From positions 416,001-480,000 of the forward strand of contig CAWDML010000003.1 in NCBI GenBank assembly GCA_963803435.1: a stretch of DNA of 64,000 nucleotides, in the 5' to 3' direction. Positions 54,711-62,653 of this stretch are shown here, piece after piece. The position numbers were made by a program, and so were the translations under genes. The first letter of the stretch is position 1. Every line of letters starts with the position of its first letter. Source of the stretch: an uncultured delta proteobacterium (lineage in GTDB: Bacteria > Myxococcota > Kuafuiibacteriia > Kuafuiibacteriales > Kuafuiibacteriaceae). The notes below the pieces were generated by a model. The model did not search any database and was not told the DNA's origin. It saw only the letters and a list, made by a program, of their open reading frames with translations.

Positions 54711-57700
54711 GAGCCCTCCCGTTCGTCCTCTTGCTGGTCGGACTGTCGCGCGCGGGCCTGGCCCAGCCCGAGCGGCTGAGCGGCCTGGTGATCGATCGGA
54801 TCGACGTGCAGGCTGCGCCCGAGGAGGACGTGGCCCGGATCCTCTCACTCTCCGGGCTGGAGATCGACGCGCCGTACTCGCAGAGCCGCATCCGGCGGGC
54901 CGTGAAGGTGCTCTATCAGGTGGGGCGGTTCGAGAACGTCTACGTGCTGGCGTCACGGGTCGAGAACGCCGTACACCTGACGCTGAAGCTTCCCCCGCGC
55001 CCGCGTCTCCGGGAGCTCGCGGTCGAGCAGAGCGAGGTGCTCGGCTCGGAGGATCTGGAGCAGGCGCTCGGCTGGAAGATCGGCGACGAGGTCGAGGAGC
55101 GCGATCTCGCGGATCGGCGGGCGAGGGTGCGGGCCGCGCTGGAGCGCCTCGGATATCGACAGGCGGCGGTGGGCCTGGCGCTCTCCGCGATCGACGAGAA
55201 CGGCGGCCAGAAGCTGATCGTTCGGATCGACGAGGGGCCCGAGACCAAGCTGGGCCGGATCGTCGTCTCGGGCCGCCCCCGGATGCCGCTGACCGAGCTG
55301 GGGCGGATCGTCGGGATCAAGGGCGGTGACGTCCTCGATCTGACGGCGGTCCAGAGCGCGCTCGGACGGCTCCACGACAAGTACGTCCAGCGCGGCTACC
55401 TCGACGCGAAGCTCGACGATCCCGCCGTCCGCGACACCGGGCGCGTGCAGGACGGCCATCCGATCGCGGATCTCCTGCTGGGCGTGGACGCTGGTCCTCT
55501 GGTGGAGCTGCGCTTCAAGGGCAATCACGCGGTCCCGCTGCGGGAGTTGATCTCGGCGGCCGGGATCCTCAAGGAGCTCGGCACCGGCAAGAGCGCGATC
55601 GCCGAGGCACGCGAGCGCATGCTGTCGCGCTACGAAGCGCGCGGATACTTCCGGGCGAGGGTCGAGCCGGCGGCGCGGACCACCGGCGACGGATCGCGAA
55701 AGCAGGTGCTGTTCTCCATCGACGAGGGGAGGGGCGCGCGGGTGGCCCGCGTGCGCTTCCCGGGCAACGTCGAGCTCGACGAGGGGAAGCTGCGCGACGA
55801 GGTCTTCGACGCGGTGGCCCAGACCCTCAGCGAGGACCTCGAGAAGCCGGGCGCCGATCCGAACACGATCGGCGCGATCATGGGCGACCTCTCGGTCGGC
55901 ACGCGCGACACGCTCCAGCCCGGCAACGTGGCGCCCGATCCGGCGGCGATCTACGTCCCGCGCGCCTACGAGGCCGCCACGTCCGCGATCGCGGATCTCT
56001 ACCAGGCGCACGGTTACCAGAGCGTCACCGTGGGCTCGCCCGTGGTGAAGGATCGCAAGGGCGGTGCCCTGATCGACGTCAGCATTCCGATCCAACCCGG
56101 CGTGCGTTGGGTGGTGGGCGCGCTCTCGTTCACCGGCAACGCGGCGGTGAGCTCGGAGCAGCTGTTCGGGCTGGCGAGGTTCCCGTTCGACCCCATGCGC
56201 ACGAGCGCCGTGGCGCTCTCCTTCGAGCATGTGATCGAGACGCAGAGCGCCATCCGCGATCACTACCGGAACCTCGGCTATCTGTACGCCAACGTCACCT
56301 ATGAGCTGCGCCAGGTACCGGTGCGCGGCTCCAGCGAGCCCACGCCCTACGTCACCACTTCGTCGACCGCCCCGCTCGATGTCCGCGAGATCTGCCGCCG
56401 CGCCGATCAGGCCGGCAAGGACACCTGCGACGTCGAGGTCAACTTCCGCATCGCCGAGGGTCCGCAGGTGAAGGCGCGCGAGGTGATCGTGCGCGGTCTG
56501 GGCAATACGCGCGAGGGGATCGTCAACAGCGAGATCGAGGTCGAGGACGGCCAGATCCTCACCGAGTCGAACCTCTCCACCACCCGTGACAACCTGCTGC
56601 GGGTCGGCGTCTTCGAGCGTGTCTCCGTGCATCCGATCGACGAGGAGCAGGTCGCCGCCGAGAAGGACGTCGTGGTGGAGGTGAAGGAGAAGAAGCGCAT
56701 GTCGGCGGAGCTGGGCGCGGGCGCGTCGACCGAAGAGGGCCTGCGCGTGTTCGCCGGGTTCGGGGACGCGAACGTCCTCGGCAGCGCGCTCCGGTTCCAG
56801 ATCAACGGCAAGGTCAACTATCAGCTCCCGCCGTTTCTGCTCCTTTACTCGGACGAGGCGCGCCGCGACATCGAGACCTTCTACGGTCAATTCAGCACGT
56901 TCCAGAAGATCGAATACGAGATCGCGGCCGGCCTCAGCTATCCCCGCATCTTCGGGCTGCCGCGCGGCTTCTCCGCGGGCCTCGATCTGATCGCGCTGCG
57001 CAACATCGATCCCCAGTTCGCCGAGGACGCGCAGGTCCTGACGCTGGTCGGCGACTACAAGGGCTACCGCCCGCAGCTCCTCGGCGGCCCCCGACCGCTC
57101 GCGCTCCAGCTCCGCGCCTCCCTCGAGCGCGCCAGCCTGCAGTGCAACCCGGCCAGCATCGCCGGTGAGCAGGCCTCCGACGGCGAGCAGTTCTGCACGC
57201 GCGACAACCGCGTCGAGGGCAACACGTTCTACACCACGCTCGGCCCCCGAGTGAGCTGGGACCTCCGCGACGACCCGATCGACCCCCACGCCGGCGCCTT
57301 CTTCGAGCTCGGCACCGACGTCGCGCTCGGCCTCGACCCCTCGAGCCCCAACTTCCTCGAGCTCGAAGGCCGCGTGAACCTCTATGCCCCCCTCGCGGAT
57401 CGGATCATCTTCAGCGCCTCCCTCTACGGCGAGAAGATCTTCCCGCTCGAGGGCGAAGGCGCCGGCATCCCCGCGAACAAGCGCGTCTACGACAACAGCC
57501 GCATCCGCGGCTATCCGCTCCGCACCCTCCTCCCTCAGGACGTCGCCCTCGACTCCGAAGGCCAGCCCGGCTCCGCCATCTCCCGCGGCGGCCTCCTCTT
57601 CACCGCCCTCCAAACCGAGCTCCGCTTCCAGATCTACGGCCCCCTCTGGCTCGCCGCCTTCTACGACGTCGGCGACCTCTTCGCCGACGGCGCCTTCCAC

Positions 57701-57883
57701 CTCACCACCGAGACCCGAATCGCCGGCGGCAAGATCGTCCGCTCCCTCGCCCAAGGCGGCGGCATCGGCATCCGCGTCTCCACCCCCATCGGCCCCCTCG
57801 CCGTCGACTTCGCCGTCCCCCTCAACAAGCGCGACCCCGGGGCCCAGGGGCTGACGATTCACTTCGCCGTGGGAACGTTCTGA
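54704..57883 (+). CDS. Omp85 (BamA/TamA) protein with multiple POTRA domains
   Basis: POTRA motifs (IRRAVK.LY..GRF, Y..RGY, F.GN); barrel motifs IRGY, FYDVG, GIGIRVSTPIGPLAVDFA; terminal Phe. Confidence 0.9.
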   Translation: MVRALPFVLLLVGLSRAGLAQPERLSGLVIDRIDVQAAPEEDVARILSLSGLEIDAPYSQSRIRRAVKVLYQVGRFENVYVLASRVENAVHLTLKLPPRPRLRELAVEQSEVLGSEDLEQALGWKIGDEVEERDLADRRARVRAALERLGYRQAAVGLALSAIDENGGQKLIVRIDEGPETKLGRIVVSGRPRMPLTELGRIVGIKGGDVLDLTAVQSALGRLHDKYVQRGYLDAKLDDPAVRDTGRVQDGHPIADLLLGVDAGPLVELRFKGNHAVPLRELISAAGILKELGTGKSAIAEARERMLSRYEARGYFRARVEPAARTTGDGSRKQVLFSIDEGRGARVARVRFPGNVELDEGKLRDEVFDAVAQTLSEDLEKPGADPNTIGAIMGDLSVGTRDTLQPGNVAPDPAAIYVPRAYEAATSAIADLYQAHGYQSVTVGSPVVKDRKGGALIDVSIPIQPGVRWVVGALSFTGNAAVSSEQLFGLARFPFDPMRTSAVALSFEHVIETQSAIRDHYRNLGYLYANVTYELRQVPVRGSSEPTPYVTTSSTAPLDVREICRRADQAGKDTCDVEVNFRIAEGPQVKAREVIVRGLGNTREGIVNSEIEVEDGQILTESNLSTTRDNLLRVGVFERVSVHPIDEEQVAAEKDVVVEVKEKKRMSAELGAGASTEEGLRVFAGFGDANVLGSALRFQINGKVNYQLPPFLLLYSDEARRDIETFYGQFSTFQKIEYEIAAGLSYPRIFGLPRGFSAGLDLIALRNIDPQFAEDAQVLTLVGDYKGYRPQLLGGPRPLALQLRASLERASLQCNPASIAGEQASDGEQFCTRDNRVEGNTFYTTLGPRVSWDLRDDPIDPHAGAFFELGTDVALGLDPSSPNFLELEGRVNLYAPLADRIIFSASLYGEKIFPLEGEGAGIPANKRVYDNSRIRGYPLRTLLPQDVALDSEGQPGSAISRGGLLFTALQTELRFQIYGPLWLAAFYDVGDLFADGAFHLTTETRIAGGKIVRSLAQGGGIGIRVSTPIGPLAVDFAVPLNKRDPGAQGLTIHFAVGTF

Positions 57884-58007
57884 CCCCTTCTAACCCCGCC
57901 CGAACAGGCTCTGCAGACTTCGGCGGGAGGATCGCCGTGCCGAGGAGGCGCCGGGACAGCCCTCGTTGCCAGGGGCGCGTGGACCCGATCTACACTCGAA
58001 ATGCTGG

Positions 58008-60042
58008 ATGTTGCACCTGGATCGGCGAGACTCGTACCGTCTCATCCTCGAGGCGGGTCACGTCCTTCTCCGCTCCTCCACCGGCTACGAGCTCCAGGTG
58101 CGAGACCTGAGCGGTAGCGGGATCAGCGTGGTAGTCCCGGCGGCCCTCGTTCCCGAGCTCAGCGATCGGCCGAGCGTTCTCCACCTGGGGGCGGCGCGGC
58201 ATCCGGTGCTCCTCGAGGTGGTGCGGCTCGTGCCCGACACGGAGCACGGTCACGTGAAGCTGGGCGCGCGATTTCGCAACCTCGACCTCGAGGGGGCCCG
58301 CCAGCTCACCCGCTTCCTGATCGGAGGATTCTCCGAGCGCGACCATCGGATCGATCGCCTGCTCTCCGCCGAACACATGGTCCGCTGGCGCGACCCGCGG
58401 ATGATCCGGCGGCTCCTGACCCTCCACGCCATCCGGCGCGCCCTCCCCATCACGCCCTATATCGATGGGACTCCGCTCCCGGTCTCGCTCCGTCTCCAAG
58501 GCTTCGACGCCCACGGCTGCGCGGTCGTCGCGATCGTGGGCGCAGATCCAGTCGATCTCGAGCGCGGCCAGCCGCTCACGCTGGTGCTGGCAGGCGGTGA
58601 GAGCGTCTTCTTCTTCCAGACGATCGCGGTCCGGGCGAGCCGCGATGGGCTGTCATTCCTGGTCCCTGACGAGCTCTGCCAGACGGGGTTCCGCGCATCG
58701 CCGCGCCCGCGGATCACCCGAGAGAAGCTCCTCTCCATCAGCTTCGATCGGCCCCATCAGAATCGCGCGCGTCCAGCGGCGCCTCCTCGACGTGGGGGCT
58801 CGCGGGCTCTCGTTCGAGTCCGGGATCGGGGCGGAGCTGCTCCTCCCAGGGACGCGGATCCGGGCGAGCCTCGCCCTGGACGAAGGAGAGGTCACGGTCG
58901 ACGCGATCGTACGGAGGGTCCAGAGCTCCGGCTCCACCAGCGAGTACGGCCTCGAGATGGTCGAGTTCTCCGACCAGGCCAGCCGCCGCCTGTGGCACGA
59001 GTTCGTGGTGCGGGAGGCGAACCCGCGGATGGAGTTCAGCAGCCCCAGGACCGCCAGCAAGGCGTGGCACATCCTGACGGCCTCGCAATACACGAAGAAC
59101 TGGACCAGCCGGAGGCACCGCCCGCACCTGGCCCGCGCCTTCTCCTCCGCCTGGATGTCGATCCCCGATCGGTTCGGTCACGTGATGGTTGCGAACGACG
59201 ACGTCCGATCGATCGGGACCGCCTCGGCCAACCTGCTCTACCCGAAGACCTGGATCCTGCACCACCTCGGAGTGGATCGCGGCGAACGGACGCTCAAGCA
59301 GCAGTTCGAGCTCCGATCTCTCACGCGGCAGCTCTACTTCGCCGCCATGTACCTCATCCGGCATGTCTACGAGACGAAGTACTTCGTGCTGTACGTCGAG
59401 GAGAACAACGCCTGGAACCAAAAGCTCTATCGTGGATTCGTCGACCAGTACTCCGGCGAGGACGACTCGCAGTATGACTCGTTGCAGGTCTTCCGCGGGG
59501 AGACCGATCGCCTGCGCCCGATCGAGGCGTCCGCGTTCGAGATCGTGGAGGGCGACGCCGGTGGGATCGAGGCGCTGGCGTCGCACCTGCACGCGAGCCT
59601 CCCCCCGATCCAGCTCGACGCCTTCGACTACTCGAAGGAGGAGCTGGACCTGGCCGACTTCGAGCGCTCATGCGCAGCGGCGGGCTACGAGCGGGGCCGA
59701 AGGTTCCTCTTCGCGAAGAGTGACGGGAAGCTGGTGGGAGCGCTCATCGTGGAGCTCGGGTCCGAAGGTGTGAACCTCTTCGGCCTCCTGAACTCCTGCC
59801 GCTTCTTCGATCTGGGATCCGGCTCCGCCGCGAAGCTGGAGCTGCTCGTCGCCGCCGGCGCCCTCTACGCGAAGGCCGGCAAGAGAAGCTTCGTCTTCTT
59901 CGACGAGACCGATGACGTCGACCCCTCGCTGGCCGACATCGGCCTGTCCCACGTGTCCGCCGGAGTGCGCTGGCTCGTGCGGGGTCAGACCGTGCCGGCC
60001 TGGCTCGGCTATGTCGAAGAGATGCTTCGGGTTAGCATCTAG
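58008..60042 (+). CDS. Tandem PilZ domains fused to a C-terminal acyltransferase (GNAT)-like region (+1 frameshift at 58759-58764)
   Basis: PilZ1 RRDSYR...DLSGSG; PilZ2 RASPR...DVGARG; removing one A restores [14 protein letters not shown], 678 codons. GNAT assignment is inferred from the strand/helix pattern (IGTASANLLYPKTWILHHLGV). Confidence 0.72.
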
Positions 60043-60046
60043 CCGA

Positions 60047-61135
60047 GTGTCGGTGCGCAACGAGGTCCTCTACGTCGACGATGAGCCCGCCAACATCGCG
60101 GTCTTTCGGCGGCAGTTTCGCGACGCGATGCAGGTTCGCACGGCCGCGTCCGCGGCCGAAGCGCTGGAGATCCTGGAGTCCGAGGAGATCCCGGTCCTCC
60201 TCACGGACGAGAAGATGCCGAACATGAGCGGCGCCGAGCTGTTGACGGAGGTCCGCCGCCGCCACCCCGACGTGGTCCGCATGGTGGTGACGGCGTACGC
60301 CGACTTCGACGCGGTCGTTCGTTCCATCAACGAGGCCCATGTCTCCCGCTACGTCACGAAGCCCTGGTCGGTCCACGAGCTGCGTTCGATGCTCCTCGCC
60401 GCCTGTGAGCTCTACTGGACCACCAAGCAGAATCGCGCGCTGACCGAAGATCTGCTGCACAAGAAGCGGCTCGGCGCGGTCGCGAAGACCGCCGCCGACC
60501 TGGCCGAGGAGCTGGACTCGATCGGGCTCTGCTTCGCGCCGCTCGACGCCCTGGAGCGCACCGACCCCCGCGGGCTCGAGGACCTCGACGTCGCCTACGC
60601 GGCGATCGAGCGTCTCACGCGCATCATCGACGGCCTGCGTCAGTTCTCCAAGCGCTCCGCGTTCGATCGGAGCGCCGTGACCAAGGCCGACCTCAACGAC
60701 GTGGTGAAGCAAAGCCTCGAGCTCCTCCAGATGTTTCCGGCGGTGCGCACGCTCTCCTCCATCGAGCTGGACCTGGATCGGGAGCGACTCCCCGTCGAGG
60801 TCGATCCGCGGCGTCTGAGCCAGGTGATCGTCAATCTGGTGCTCAACCTGATCAGCGACGGTGCACCGCCCTCCGGCCGGCTCCGGGTGGGTACCCACGC
60901 TCACCAGTCGCGCGCCCTGGTGTCGTTCGTCGGCGACGCCGTCCGGTTGTCGCGCGATGCCGCATCGATGCTCGCCACGGAGCTCAACGGGGGGCCGGCG
61001 CAGATCCGGGGCGCGCTCTGGTTGCTCCTGGCGCGGCGCGTTCTGGACGACTACGGCGGGGGGCTTCGTCTCGGTCGGCCCGAGGGTGGCGCCGGAATCG
61101 AGCTGTCCCTACCGATCGGTGATATGGAGCGATGA
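60047..61135 (+). CDS. REC + histidine-kinase-like hybrid, kinase degenerate
   Basis: VLYVDDE, LLTDEKMP, VTAY, TKPW; H-box reads LAEELDS (no His); G boxes eroded. Confidence 0.85.
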   Translation: MSVRNEVLYVDDEPANIAVFRRQFRDAMQVRTAASAAEALEILESEEIPVLLTDEKMPNMSGAELLTEVRRRHPDVVRMVVTAYADFDAVVRSINEAHVSRYVTKPWSVHELRSMLLAACELYWTTKQNRALTEDLLHKKRLGAVAKTAADLAEELDSIGLCFAPLDALERTDPRGLEDLDVAYAAIERLTRIIDGLRQFSKRSAFDRSAVTKADLNDVVKQSLELLQMFPAVRTLSSIELDLDRERLPVEVDPRRLSQVIVNLVLNLISDGAPPSGRLRVGTHAHQSRALVSFVGDAVRLSRDAASMLATELNGGPAQIRGALWLLLARRVLDDYGGGLRLGRPEGGAGIELSLPIGDMER

Positions 61136-61557
61136 TGGAGTGCGTGTCCGGCAGGGTCCTGGTCGTCGACGATGATTCCGAGATGAGAAACCTCCTCCGG
61201 AGGCGGCTCACTCGCATGGGCGCGGTCGTCGACGAGGCCGACAACTACGTGGACGCGACGCGCTGCCTTGATCGGACCTCGTACGATCTCGTCCTCTCCG
61301 ACTTCAACATCGTCGACCAGACGAAGCTACGCGGGCATCTTCACGGGGGAAAGATCCTCGAATACGCACGTCGAGTGCAGCCGACCGTCCCCTTCTACTT
61401 CGTCTCCGGGCTGTTCAGCATGGTCACTCCCGAGGTCCAACGCCGGTATCTCGAGCTGGCGAGCGGCTTCATGGAGAAGCCCGTCTCACGGGAGAAGATC
61501 GAGGAGATCGTCAAGCTCCATCTGACGTCGGCTCACGCTGCGGAAGGCACACCGTGA
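61132..61557 (+). CDS. Single-domain response regulator
   Basis: VLVVDDD, LVLSD, FVSG, EKP; insertion after the phospho-Asp. Confidence 0.88.
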   Translation: MMECVSGRVLVVDDDSEMRNLLRRRLTRMGAVVDEADNYVDATRCLDRTSYDLVLSDFNIVDQTKLRGHLHGGKILEYARRVQPTVPFYFVSGLFSMVTPEVQRRYLELASGFMEKPVSREKIEEIVKLHLTSAHAAEGTP

Positions 61558-62632
61558 AGGTGCAGCCCGCGTCGTGATTCCGGTACGAGAGTCGACCGCC
61601 GTGTGCCTCCACGATCCGGCGTGAGATCGCCAACCCGAGCCCGGTGCCGGCGGCTCCCTTGGTCGAGCAGAAGCCGCCGAAGATCCGGTCGCCGATCTCG
61701 GGGAGGACTCCGTGGCCGCTGTCCTCGACCTCGATCTCGGCTGCGCCCGACGGCTCCGCCCGCAGCCTGATCTTCACCTCTGCACGCGGGCCGGAGCAGG
61801 CCTCAGCGGCGTTCTTGAGGAGATTCAGGAGCACCAGCGAGAGCGCGGAGCCGTCGACGACCTGGTAGCAGGGTCCGTCCGCCTCGATGTCGAGACGCTG
61901 GAGCGACTGGATCCGAGGGAACGAACGGGCGAGCCCGACGGCATCTCGTATCACGGCGGACAGATCGTGACGGGCGAGCTCGAGGCCGAGGTCTTCCTGC
62001 CCGCGGCTGCAGAAACGCAGTGACTCGACCAGCCGCCGGTAGCGAGCGATCCCCTTCTTCAACAGCGCGAGCTCAGCGGAGAGATCCTCGTCGGTATCCC
62101 ACTCTTCGCGGATGTCCTCGACCATCATCAAGACGCCGGCGATGTTGGCGAGCTCGTGCACCAACCCCGAGGTGAGCTGGCTGAGCGCGGCGGCCTGCTC
62201 CTCGCGGACGAGGCTCTCCGCGAGCAGGCGGTTCTCGCGCCTGAGCTCGAAGAGGGCGGCCGACTCCAGGATCGCGGCGAGCAGCTCGGGACGTCGCCAC
62301 GGTTTGGTGACATAGCGGATGATCTTGCCCTCGTTGATCGCACGGACGGCCTCGTCGAAGTTGCTGTGCGCGGTGACGATGACGGCGACCGCCTCCGGCT
62401 GCCGGAGCTTCACCTGCTCGAGAAACTCGGTGCCGGACATCCCGGGCATCCGCTGATCGGAGAGCACGACGGCGAACTCCTGCCCGTCGATCAGCTCCAG
62501 CCCTGCGCTTCCCGACGAGGCGGTGGCGATGTCGAAGTGCTCGTCGAGGCCCCGTCGAAAGATCGCGAGATTGTCGGCCTCGTCGTCGACGTAGAGGACC
62601 TTCGGCCGGACTGGCCCCCGATCGGCCCCCAT
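61511..62632 (-). CDS. REC-histidine kinase hybrid, intact, with no sensor domain
   Basis: VLYVDDE, LSDQRMP, TKPW; GLVHELAN H-box, LLKNAAEA, DSGHG, F.STK, GTGLGL. Confidence 0.92.
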   Translation of the reverse strand: MGADRGPVRPKVLYVDDEADNLAIFRRGLDEHFDIATASSGSAGLELIDGQEFAVVLSDQRMPGMSGTEFLEQVKLRQPEAVAVIVTAHSNFDEAVRAINEGKIIRYVTKPWRRPELLAAILESAALFELRRENRLLAESLVREEQAAALSQLTSGLVHELANIAGVLMMVEDIREEWDTDEDLSAELALLKKGIARYRRLVESLRFCSRGQEDLGLELARHDLSAVIRDAVGLARSFPRIQSLQRLDIEADGPCYQVVDGSALSLVLLNLLKNAAEACSGPRAEVKIRLRAEPSGAAEIEVEDSGHGVLPEIGDRIFGGFCSTKGAAGTGLGLAISRRIVEAHGGRLSYRNHDAGCTFTVCLPQREPTSDGA

Positions 62633-62653
62633 GCGTTAGTCTTACCGCGACCC

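Noticed and set aside
3471-60042. Mass pseudogenisation or programmed frameshifting of eight genes
   Set aside because: One lesion per gene (two in the pseudokinase), a shared motif, contig-strand polarity and no slippery heptamers; a sequencing artefact is more parsimonious
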